From: an uncultured delta proteobacterium
GTDB lineage: Bacteria > Myxococcota_A > Polyangia > Fen-1088
Assembly: GCA_963767925.1 (NCBI GenBank)
Contig: CAVYGB010000002.1
Span: 256,001-320,000, forward strand
Direction of reading: 5' to 3'
DNA length: 64,000 nucleotides
A program made the translations under genes and the position numbers. Under the pieces are notes generated by a model that saw nothing but the letters and a program-made list of their open reading frames with translations, did no database searches and was not told where the DNA came from. Positions 24,024 through 32,404 of this stretch are shown one piece after another. Every line of letters begins with the position of its first letter. Position 1 is the first letter of the stretch.

Positions 24024-25106
24024 CTGGGTTCACAAGCTCGCCTGCGTTCGGGGCTCGCGCTTGCGGTCGGCCTGGTGGCCACCGTCTCGGCGGCCTCGGT
24101 TCATCGATACCGGGAGCAGGGGGCGGTGGCGCGGGCGCTGGAGACGCGCCTGGCCCGGGTGGAGGTGGGGCTGGCCCGGGGCACCGCCGGCGCGGCGCTG
24201 GCCTGCCCGGCCGGCGCCGTCGAGGGGGTCACCCAGCCGGGCAGCGGCGCGGCCGCCAGCGGCGGTCCGCTGCTCGCGAGCTGGCAGAGCGTCGCCGGCT
24301 GCGGCGCGGGCGCCTCGGTGGGCACCGGTGGCGGCGTCAAGTGGATCGGACGCAACGTGCGCGGCGGCCTGTTCCGCCTCGAGTGCCAGGCCAACTACGT
24401 CGAGATGCCCTACGGCTACAACTTCGTCGGCTCGACGCTGATCAGCCACGACCTGACCGACCGCTGGAACATCGGCGTCAGCGTCCCTTACCTCTACAAG
24501 TTCATGAGCGACCCCTACGACATCGGCGTCGACATCGCCAACAAGGGCCCGGGCGACGTCAACCTGCTGGTCACCCGCCGCTTCGGAGCCCTGCAGACCT
24601 GGAACCTCACCCTCGCCGTGGGCGCCCCCACCGGCACCCATGACGTCGAGTTCCGCATGGAGAAGCTCCCCCAGGACCGCCAGCTCGGCCTGGGCCGCCC
24701 CACCGCCTCGATCGTCCTCGACCACACCATCGACAACGACTGGGGCCCCGTCGTCCTCGGCGGCACGGCCGGCTACCGGGGCGGCACCAACGACCTCGGC
24801 AGCTACCGCGCCCCGAGCGCCAGCCTGTACAGCTACGCCGGCTACCTCCTCGGCCCCTTCGTCCCCGCCTTCGGCCTCACCGCCACCGCCTTCTCCGGCC
24901 TCGACCTCGACCTGGGCCACGAACAGGCCCTCCCCCTGGTCAGCCTGGCCGCCAACGTCTCGCTCGAGTGGTCCACCGACTGGGTGGCCCTGCTCCTCGG
25001 CGCCTCCTTCCCCTACGACGTCGGCGTCCGCTCCGAGAGCGTCTCGGGCTACAACCGCTTCGGCGCCTGGACCGTCGCCCTCGGCGCCGCCTTCGCCGTG
25101 TTCTAG
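24024..25106 (+). CDS. Putative outer-membrane beta-barrel/transporter-like protein (start uncertain, 24024 CTG or 24075 GTG)
   Basis: Amphipathic beta strands, GPGDVNL and APTG motifs, C-terminal Phe. Confidence 0.6.
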   Translation: MGSQARLRSGLALAVGLVATVSAASVHRYREQGAVARALETRLARVEVGLARGTAGAALACPAGAVEGVTQPGSGAAASGGPLLASWQSVAGCGAGASVGTGGGVKWIGRNVRGGLFRLECQANYVEMPYGYNFVGSTLISHDLTDRWNIGVSVPYLYKFMSDPYDIGVDIANKGPGDVNLLVTRRFGALQTWNLTLAVGAPTGTHDVEFRMEKLPQDRQLGLGRPTASIVLDHTIDNDWGPVVLGGTAGYRGGTNDLGSYRAPSASLYSYAGYLLGPFVPAFGLTATAFSGLDLDLGHEQALPLVSLAANVSLEWSTDWVALLLGASFPYDVGVRSESVSGYNRFGAWTVALGAAFAVF

Positions 25107-25181
25107 CCGGGCCCGAGCGCAGCGAGGGAACCCGGCTACTCTCCGCGACCGTCTCCCGGCGCCTGCGGCCGGCGGCGGCGG

Positions 25182-25811
25182 TCAGCCGGTGAAGGCGTCC
25201 CAGACGGTGGGGGGCATCTCGATGGTGAGCTCGACCTGGCGGCCGGCGACCTCGAGGACGCAGCGGGAGAGCTCGAAGCGGTCGCTGCCCTCGACGAGGC
25301 TGCGGCGCCAGGCCAGGCCGTGTTGCTCGGCGAGCTGGCGGGCCACGCGGGCGAAGACCCGGCGAGCCTGGCCGGGGTCGGCGGCGACGAACCGCCGCAG
25401 GACCCGGCCGCGGATCAGCTCGGTCTTGCCGCCGGGGGCGCCGAGCAGGAGCAGGTCGTAGAGGCCGATCTCCTCTTCGCCCTCGTCCGACTCGGGCCGG
25501 CCGAAGGGGCGGCTCGGGGTGGTGGGGCGCAGCTCGAACTGCGGCTCGATGCCGAGCCCGGCCAGCCAGGTGATCGCCTCGGTCACCAGGCGTTCGCGCC
25601 GGGCGGTCTCGGCCAGGCCGTGGTAGTCGGGGGCGGCGCCCCGGCGGGGGATCTCCACGTGCCGCTCGTCGGCCGGCAGCGCGTCGATCGACAGCGACAC
25701 CTCGCCGGTCTCGACGTCGAGGAAGAAGCGGGTCGAGTCGCCTTGCGAGTCCATCGCATCGACGATCTCGTCCATCTGCAGGTACAGCCGACGCAGGGCC
25801 TGGTCGTTCAT
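25182..25811 (-). CDS. Hypothetical protein with UPF0158-like N-terminus
   Basis: FFLDVETGEV motif; coding-like codon bias. Confidence 0.6.
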   Translation of the reverse strand: MNDQALRRLYLQMDEIVDAMDSQGDSTRFFLDVETGEVSLSIDALPADERHVEIPRRGAAPDYHGLAETARRERLVTEAITWLAGLGIEPQFELRPTTPSRPFGRPESDEGEEEIGLYDLLLLGAPGGKTELIRGRVLRRFVAADPGQARRVFARVARQLAEQHGLAWRRSLVEGSDRFELSRCVLEVAGRQVELTIEMPPTVWDAFTG

Positions 25812-25886
25812 GGGGGCGCCGGCGGTAAGGCTACCACCGGCGCCCCCGCGGGCTGACCGCCTTCGTGAGGATCAGGGGGACAGCGG

Positions 25887-27008
25887 TCAGGGGACAGTGG
25901 CGGTGGACTCGGGGACGGTGGTGGCCCAGGGGACCAGCTCCTTCATCCGCATGATCTGGAAGCCCCGCTCGGCCCACAGCTTGTATCCCACCAGGTTGTA
26001 GTGGTGGTCGTCGGACATCGGGAGCCCCTCGCTGGGGATCAGGCCGGCGCGGGGGATGACGGTGTCGGCCGCGCGGCGGAGCTGCTCCTTGATGGTGGGG
26101 GCGGTGGGCTGGGTCTCGGGGTCGAAGTCGCCGGTGGCCCCCGCCTCCCAGTCGCCCATGAGGAAGGGGATGTTGGGGTCGCCGAGGTCGGTGCGCATGT
26201 CGTTGGCGATGCCGGCGAGGCACTCGAAGAAGCGGGGGATGTTCATGCGGTCGCGCCGGAACTCGTTCACCCCGAGCATCACGAAGATGCCGCCGAAGGT
26301 GACCTTGCCCTTGAGCTCGGCGGCGGCGTCCATCACGAACGGGTAGAGCAGCGCCCCCTTGCGGAAGTTGCGGCAGAAGCCGCCCACCGATCCGTCGTGG
26401 CCGCGGCCGATGTGCACGAAGGTCAGGTCGGGCGCGTGCTCGCGGGCGGTGTGCAAGATGGCCATGCCGGGGCCCGCCTTGCCCTGGGTGAGCCGGTCAC
26501 CCGAGAGGGGCTCCTTGGCCGCCACGAAGCGCCCCCCCTTGGCGTAGGCCCACAGCTTCGGGTTGGTCTGGAAGTACAACGACCGCATGCTGGCCGGCAC
26601 GTCGGTGCGGCCGGCGGCGTTCGAGTGGCCGAGGTGCAAGGTGACGATGACCTTGTCCTTGGGAATGAAGGTCCCGTTGATGGTGACACCAGCGGCGCCG
26701 GGGGGCGTGGGAGAGGGCTGCGCGGGGGCCGGCGGCGGGTTGCTCGGGCCGGGCGGGTCGATGGGGGGCGACATCGTGCCCGGCGGCGGGGGCGTCGGGT
26801 TGGCGCCGGTGGCCGGAGGGGTCGGCGCCGGCGGGGTGGTGCCGGGGTTGGGGGGGGTGGTCGGGTTGGGGTTCGCGGGGGGTGGCGGCGCAGTGGGCTC
26901 GTTGCCGGGGGCGGGAGGGTCCTCGGGGGTGGGGGACTCGCTCAGGCCGCAGCCGGCCACGAGGAGGGTGGTCAGGGTGCCTGCGACGAGAAGGTGAGAT
27001 GCTCGCAT
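25887..27008 (-). CDS. Lipoprotein, SGNH/sialate-O-acetylesterase-like hydrolase
   Basis: VAGC lipobox, Pro-rich linker, GHSNAAG, GPGMA and DDHHY motifs. Confidence 0.78.
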   Translation of the reverse strand: MRASHLLVAGTLTTLLVAGCGLSESPTPEDPPAPGNEPTAPPPPANPNPTTPPNPGTTPPAPTPPATGANPTPPPPGTMSPPIDPPGPSNPPPAPAQPSPTPPGAAGVTINGTFIPKDKVIVTLHLGHSNAAGRTDVPASMRSLYFQTNPKLWAYAKGGRFVAAKEPLSGDRLTQGKAGPGMAILHTAREHAPDLTFVHIGRGHDGSVGGFCRNFRKGALLYPFVMDAAAELKGKVTFGGIFVMLGVNEFRRDRMNIPRFFECLAGIANDMRTDLGDPNIPFLMGDWEAGATGDFDPETQPTAPTIKEQLRRAADTVIPRAGLIPSEGLPMSDDHHYNLVGYKLWAERGFQIMRMKELVPWATTVPESTATVP

Positions 27009-27240
27009 TGACGTCGTTGCCTCGTTTTGCCGTGGCCGTGCGGCCGGTTGTGGGCCTCGCGCTCCATCCGCCCCTCCCGCAAGGTAGGGTCAGTGTCCCA
27101 GGGTTAGAGTCGCCAACGAAGGCAGATTGTCACACCCCATCCCCACGCCGCGCCGAGCCTATCGCACCGCGCTGGGGGCCGGGGGCGTGCGCGAGGCGGT
27201 CGGGCGGTGGCAGGTGGCGGGCGGTGCTGACAGGGCGGAC

Positions 27241-27410
27241 GGGCGGTGGCAGGTGACGGCGGTGGCAGGTGACGGGCGGTGGCAGGTGACGGCGGTGGCA
27301 GGTGACGGGCGGTGGCAGGTGACGGCGGTGGCAGGTGACGGGCGGTGGCAGGTGACGGCGGTGGCAGGTGACGGCGGTGGCAGGTGACGGGCGGTGGCAG
27401 GTGACGGCGG
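27241..27410. repeat. 16/17-bp tandem repeat (G)GGCGGTGGCAGGTGAC, about 10 copies
   Basis: Direct reading; 17- and 16-bp variants mostly alternate. Confidence 0.92.
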
Positions 27411-27441
27411 GCGCTGAGAGGCGGACGGGCGGTGGCGGGTG

Positions 27442-27608
27442 GGCCCGCTGCGCTACGGAAAGAGGAGGAGATTCCCCGAGGTCTCGCCGGGGCTTACAGC
27501 GCTTCGCGCTTGCCCCTCTGTTCGGCGCTGGCAAGCTCGCGCAGACGCGAGCTGCGCGCCTCCACTCGATCTCGGAGAATCTCCTCCTCTTTCCTCCGCT
27601 CCGCTACC
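27442..27608 (-). other. Structured dispersed element, copy 1 (MITE/REP-like or ncRNA)
   Basis: 24-bp outer stem 27457-27480/27571-27594 enclosing inner hairpins; homologous to 45948-46112 with compensatory changes. Confidence 0.75.
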
Positions 27609-27742
27609 GTTTCGCGCTTCGCTGCCGTCGTCGTGGAGGGTGCGATCGTCGCGCCTCGCTGCCATCGTCACGCTTCGCTACCGTTTCGCGCTTCGCTGCC
27701 ATCGTCGTGGAGGGTGCGATCGTCGCGCTCGCTGCCATCGTG
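27602..27742. repeat. 74-bp tandem duplication
   Basis: CGCTACCGTTTCGCGCTTCGCTGCC… starts at 27602 and again at 27676. Confidence 0.85.
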
Positions 27743-27846
27743 GTGGGAGCTGGCGGTGGGAGCTGGCGGCGACGGGATGGCTGGCTTCGTCGGGGGGGGC
27801 CGAACTTGTCGGCCGTGCTGGCGCGCGGGGCGAACCGGCGGCGCAC

Positions 27847-27915
27847 TTGAAAGGGGCACTACTTGAAAGGGGCACTACTTGAAGAGCGGCACTACTTGAA
27901 GAGCGGCACTACTTA
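27847..27915. repeat. 16/17-bp tandem array, left part (4 units, TTGAAGAGCGGCACTAC-type)
   Basis: Continues at 29515 after the IS. Confidence 0.9.
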
Positions 27916-27939
27916 GAGTGAGCCGCTGAAACCTGTGAA

Positions 27940-28739
27940 TTACGCACGAGAGGCAGCGTTGAAGGCAATCAGCGCACAGGCGAGCCGAACGAAGGCTAAG
28001 TAATTCTCGGCTTTGCGTTCCCAGCGAATGAGAAGACCTCGATATCGGTTGTGCCAGCTGTTGGTGCGCTCTACCACCCAGCGTCGCGGCCTACCGTGAA
28101 CACAGCCGACCAGTGGTGGTTCGCCTCGCCGGCGGATGTGAGGAACGATTCGACGGCGGCGAACCTCCTGCTCACAGTCGGCGTAGTCGTAGCCTTTGTC
28201 GAGGCACAAGTTCTTGGGGCGACGTGGACCACGAGGGCCCCGCAGGACCATGGCATCCAGGGTCTGGCCCACCATCCACTTGTCGTGCACGTTCGCCCCT
28301 GTGATGGTGACGGCCAGGGGCACGCCGTCGGCGTCGGTCAGGATGTGGCGCTTGGTCCCGAGTTTGGCCCGATCGGTCGGACTGGGGCCGGTGAGGTCCC
28401 CCCTTTTGGTGCCTTGACAGTGGCGCTGTCGAGCGAGCACCAGCTCAGGTCGACGCCAACATGCTGGTCGTAGTAGAGGACCATCTCCACGTGCATCATG
28501 TGGAACACGCCCGCCGCTCGCCACTGCTGGAACCGGTGGTAGCACACGCTGCCGCTGCCGAACTCGCGGGGGATGGCATCCCATTGGCACCCGGTCTTGA
28601 GCTTGTAGACGATTCCGGACATGACCTTGCGGTTGTCGTTCGGCGGTCGGCCGCCTTTGGGACTGCGTGCTCGCTTGGGAATCCAAACGCGCGTGCACTC
28701 CCAAACCTCTTCGGGGATGTCTTCGAATTGTGCCGTCAT
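27940..28739 (-). CDS. IS5-family transposase, two ORFs joined by a frameshift at AAAAGGGGGG (28398-28407)
   Basis: OrfA: GGRP, GIVYKLKTGCQW, LDSATVKAPKGG. OrfB: GTKRHILTD, DKGYD, RWVVERTNSW. A split at this slippery run is usual for the IS427-like subgroup. Confidence 0.92.
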
Positions 28740-28885
28740 GGACAGTAGAGATCACGACCTGACGGGCTCGGCAAATTTTCGCTTGAATTGGCACTCGCGC
28801 ACCGTCGGTTGCAGCCACTGCGATGTCCCGGTCGCTGGTCTGGTCGGGCGCAACCAAGCCCCAACCGCCGCCGATAACCTGGTCA

Positions 28886-29254
28886 TGTCGCCGGGGCCCC
28901 GCACCTTTGACCATCATCGGCTCGACGCTTTCTGCGTGGCCCGCGATGCTCTACGCTTGGGCGACGCTCTTGCGCGGAGAATGCCACGCGGGTATGCGAC
29001 GTTGCAGGACCAGCTTCGGCGCGCTGTTGTCGGCATACCTGGGCATCGCCGAGGCATCCAGCCGAACGGGCGCCGACAGGATCTCACGGTTCCGCACCGC
29101 CAGAGGCGAAGCGTCCGAGGCGGCAGCCGCCTTGGAGGCGGTTGCAATCCTGGGACTTGCTCCCGATACCGAGATCGAAGCGGTGATGTCTCTGCTCGAC
29201 CGGCTGTGCGCGATGCTCACTCGGCTCGCCGGCATGCACCGCCACCAACCCTGA
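28886..29254 (+). pseudogene. Four-helix-bundle protein gene with a 2-bp frameshift
   Basis: FDHHRLDAF…LQDQLRRA / LLSAYLGIAEA…ARGEASE. GGCGCGCTG at ~29018 versus GGCGCGCGCTG in the copy at 6.4 kb. Confidence 0.8.
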
Positions 29255-29514
29255 TGACTGCCGCGGCTGTCGTGGTCGTGCTCGTGTGCGAGCGCGTGTT
29301 CGAGTTCGTGTCCGTGTGTGGTGAGCGTGTTCGGCCCGCGGGCCTCGGCTCGCGTGATTTACGCGCACCGAGAGCCGCCTGGCCGCTCAACGCTCGCCCC
29401 ACACGAACTCGAACACGAACACGCGCTCGAACACGCCCACGAGCACGCGTCCCGCCCTCGATACCTCGTTTCGCCCATCGGCGCAAATTCTCCACAGGTT
29501 TCAGCGGCTGGCTC

Positions 29515-29679
29515 TAAAGAGCGGCACTACTTAAGAGCGGCACTACTTGAAGAGCGGCACTACTTAAGAGCGGCACTACTTGAAGAGCGGCACTACTTAA
29601 GAGCGGCACTACTTGAAGAGCGGCACTACTTGAAGAGCGGCACTACTTAAGAGCGGCACTACTTGAAGAGCGGCACTAC
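29515..29679. repeat. 16/17-bp tandem array, right part (10 units)
   Basis: TTAAGAGCGGCACTAC and TTGAAGAGCGGCACTAC, mostly alternating. Confidence 0.95.
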
Positions 29680-30478
29680 CCGAAACGGAGAGGGAGGAAA
29701 TGGGGGGGGTCGGATTCTCTCGGCTGACGATGGCCGAGACCGCGCGAAGCACGGAGTCGCCGTTCATGGGAGGGGCGGTGAGGCCGTCCTTGGAGTCGCA
29801 GGGGGGGCAGCGGCGGGGCTTCTCGAACTGGCGGCGGGGGGGGCAGGTGGGGTGAGGGATGGCCTTCATCAGGGCGAAGTAGTGTTCCGGCTTTCGCGTC
29901 CGGTAGAGGTCGAACCAGGACTGCAGGGCGGCTGGCGACATGACCTCCAGCCTCTCCAGGATGTGATAGGCGAAGTCGAGTGGGGCGAGGCCGCTGGCGG
30001 TGATCAGGGGTCCGTCGGTCACGGCTGGCGCCTGCTGGAAGAACGCCTCGCCGCGATAGGCGGGGCAGGTCGCTTTCAGCGCGTCGAGGTTGTCGCTGGT
30101 GTGGGGCCGCTGGTCGAGCAGGCCATCCCGCGCCAGGCGCATGGTGGCGCCGCAGATCCCTGCCACCAGCACCCCGGCCGAGAGCAGGGCCCGCGCCCTC
30201 TCGATCACGGGCGCGTGCACCTCATCGAACCAGGTATCGCCTCCCGAGAGCAGCAACACCGCTGTGTTCTCCGCGGTCACCTCAACGAGCGTCGCGTCCG
30301 GCAGCAAGGTCATCCCGCCCATCGTCCGCACGGGGGCCTTCGTCACCCCGACCGTCCGCACCGGAACGCGCGCGTCGGGCGCCCGCAAGAACCACCCCGA
30401 ATTGAGCTGTGCGACGGCGTGCCCCGGCTCCCGATCCGCCAGCGTATCGAACACATGGACGTGCGCAAACCGGCTCAT
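29609..30478 (-). CDS. DJ-1/PfpI family protein with C-terminal read-through into the repeat array
   Basis: TMGGMTLLPD, SGGDTW, VAGICGAT, HTSD and LITASG motifs; the domain ends near 29860. Confidence 0.82.
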   Translation of the reverse strand: MSRFAHVHVFDTLADREPGHAVAQLNSGWFLRAPDARVPVRTVGVTKAPVRTMGGMTLLPDATLVEVTAENTAVLLLSGGDTWFDEVHAPVIERARALLSAGVLVAGICGATMRLARDGLLDQRPHTSDNLDALKATCPAYRGEAFFQQAPAVTDGPLITASGLAPLDFAYHILERLEVMSPAALQSWFDLYRTRKPEHYFALMKAIPHPTCPPRRQFEKPRRCPPCDSKDGLTAPPMNGDSVLRAVSAIVSRENPTPPISSLSVSGSAALQVVPLLSSAALQVVPLFK

Positions 30479-30611
30479 CTCGCCAACATGACGCCCTCCC
30501 CCGTCCCCTACCATCCCCCCGCACCCCCGACCCTCACCATCCTCATCTCTCCGCCGCTCGCGAGCTGAGCCCCCCTCTCAGCCCCTCGCTCGGGTGACGG
30601 GCGGTTGCCAA

Positions 30612-30684
30612 CGCCGGACGCCCCTCACCCGGCGCGCGGACGCGCCGACCTCTCCCCACGGCGGACCGCGGGGAGAGGTGATGG
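30612..30684 (+). repeat. REP-like double-hairpin element
   Basis: GCCGGACGCCCCTCACCC-GGCGCGCGGACGCGCC-GACCTCTCCCCACGGCGGACCGCGGGGAGAGGTGATGG; near-identical to 55382-55453. Confidence 0.85.
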
Positions 30685-31545
30685 CGCTGCGCCTGTGCAC
30701 GAGGCGCCGGCGGGGGCATCAGGTTCGATCGCGCTGCGCCTGTGCACGAGGCGCCGGCGGGGGCATCAGGTTCGATCGCGCTGCGCCTGTGCACGAGGCG
30801 CCACCGGCGGGGGGTCAGGTTCGATCGCGCTGCGCCTGTGCACGAGGCGCCGCCGGCGGGGGCATCAGGTTCGATCGCGCTGCGCCTGTGCACGAGGCGC
30901 CGGCGGGGGCATCAGGTTCGATCGCGCTGCGCCTGTGCACGAGGCGCCGCCGGCGGGGGCGTCAGGTTCGATCGCGCTGCGCCTGTGCACGAGGCGCCAC
31001 CGGCGGGGGGTCAGGTTCGATCGCGCTGCGCCTGTGCACGAGGCGCCACCGGCGGGGGGTCAGGTTCGATCGCGCTGCGCCTGTGCACGAGGCGCCACCG
31101 GCGGGGGGTCAGGTTCGATCGCGCTGCGCCTGTGCACGAGGCGCCACCGGCGGGGGGTCAGGTTCGATCGCGCTGCGCCTGTGCACGAGGCGCCACCGGC
31201 GGGGGCATCAGGTTCGATCGCGCTGCGCCTGTGCACGAGGCGCCACCGGCGGGGGGTCAGGTTCGATCGCGCTGCGCCTGTGCACGAGGCGCCGCCGGCG
31301 GGGGGTCAGGTTCGATCGCGCTGCGCCTGTGCACGAGGCGCCACCGGCGGGGGGTCAGGTTCGATCGCGCTGCGCCTGTGCACGAGGCGCCGCCGGCGGG
31401 GGGTCAGGTTCGATCGCGCTGCGCCTGTGCACGAGGCGCCACCGGCGGGGGGTCAGGTTCGATCGCGCTGCGCCTGTGGTTGAGGGCGCCGCCGGCGGGG
31501 GGTCAGGTTCGATCGCGCTGCGCCTGTGGTTGAGGGCGCCGCCGG
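30683..31545. repeat. 47-50-bp tandem array, about 18 copies, with internal palindromes
   Basis: Unit GCGCTGCGCCTGTGCACGAGGCGCCACCGGCGGGGGGTCAGGTTCGATC; no unique spacers. Confidence 0.95.
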
Positions 31546-31554
31546 GGGTGGGGG

Positions 31555-32376
31555 TCAGGCGGTCAGGAAGGTGTGGAGGTCGGCGTTGAATTGTTCCTGG
31601 TGGGTGGTGGGGAGGGCGTGGGGGGCGGAGGGGTAGATCTTCAGGACCGAGGACTTGACCAGCTTGGCGCTACGGAGGGAGGCGGCGGCGATGGGGACGA
31701 TCTGGTCGTCGTCGCCGTGGAGGATGAGGGTGGGGACTTCGATCTTCTTCAGGTCTTCGGTGAAGTCGGTTTCGGAGAAGGCTTTTATGCAGTCGAGGGC
31801 GGCTTTGATGCCGACCTGCATGCACTGGAGCCAGAACTGATCGCGCACGGCCTTTGTCACGCGGGTGCCGGGGCGATTGGCGCCGAAGAACGGGACGCTG
31901 AAGTCCTGGTAGAACTGGGAGCGGTCTCGGGCTATGGCGGCGCGGAGGTTGTCGAGGGCGGCCAGGGGGGTGCCGTCGGGGTTGGCCTCCGTCTTCAGGA
32001 CCAGCGGAGGGACGGCGCTGATCAGCGCCAGCTTGGCTACCCGCTTGTTGCCGTGACGGCCGATGTAGCGGGTGATCTCGCCGCCGCCGGTCGAGTGCCC
32101 GACCAGGACGACGTTCTTCAGGTCGAGCTGGGTGAGGAGCTGGGCGAGGTCGTCGGCGTAGGTGTCCATGTCGTTGCCTTGCCAGGGCTGGCTGGATCGG
32201 CCGTGGCCGCGGCGGTCGTGGGCGATGGCCCGGTAGCCCCGCGAGGCGAGGAAGAAGAGCTGCTCGTCCCAGGCCTCGCCGTTGAGGGGCCAGCCGTGGC
32301 TGAAGACGACAGGTTGTCCCTGGCCCCAGTCCTTGTAGAAGATGCTCGTGCCGTCTTTCGTCGTGATGGTGCTCAT
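31555..32376 (-). CDS. cpo: Non-heme chloroperoxidase-type alpha/beta hydrolase
   Basis: [22 protein letters not shown] and HGDDDQIVP motifs. Confidence 0.9.
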   Translation of the reverse strand: MSTITTKDGTSIFYKDWGQGQPVVFSHGWPLNGEAWDEQLFFLASRGYRAIAHDRRGHGRSSQPWQGNDMDTYADDLAQLLTQLDLKNVVLVGHSTGGGEITRYIGRHGNKRVAKLALISAVPPLVLKTEANPDGTPLAALDNLRAAIARDRSQFYQDFSVPFFGANRPGTRVTKAVRDQFWLQCMQVGIKAALDCIKAFSETDFTEDLKKIEVPTLILHGDDDQIVPIAAASLRSAKLVKSSVLKIYPSAPHALPTTHQEQFNADLHTFLTA

Positions 32377-32404
32377 GGTCGAAGGTCCTTTCCGGTCTCC
32401 AGGG

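Larger units (their letters stand above)
27916..29514 (-). mobile_element. IS5-family insertion sequence (1599 bp) with passenger four-helix-bundle gene
   Basis: 22-bp TIRs GAGTGAGCCGCTGAAACCTGTG / GAGCCAGCCGCTGAAACCTGTG (2 mismatches), flanked by TTA and TAA. Confidence 0.92.

Noticed and set aside
27442..27608. Known small ribozyme (twister, HDV-like, hammerhead) or tRNA
   Set aside because: Only isolated words such as GUGGAG and GGCGAG match; the required motif order and pseudoknots or cloverleaf could not be built by eye.
28398..28407. Transposase pseudogene
   Set aside because: The break falls at an A4G6 slippery run where IS427-like transposases are normally split, so it is more likely programmed.
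28886..29254. Diversity-generating retroelement suggested by the Avd-like fold and a duplicated region
   Set aside because: No reverse transcriptase in the window, and differences between the copies are indels and mixed SNPs, not adenine-specific.
30683..31545. CRISPR array interpretation of the palindromic ~49-bp repeats
   Set aside because: Units are contiguous with no unique spacers, and no cas genes are present.
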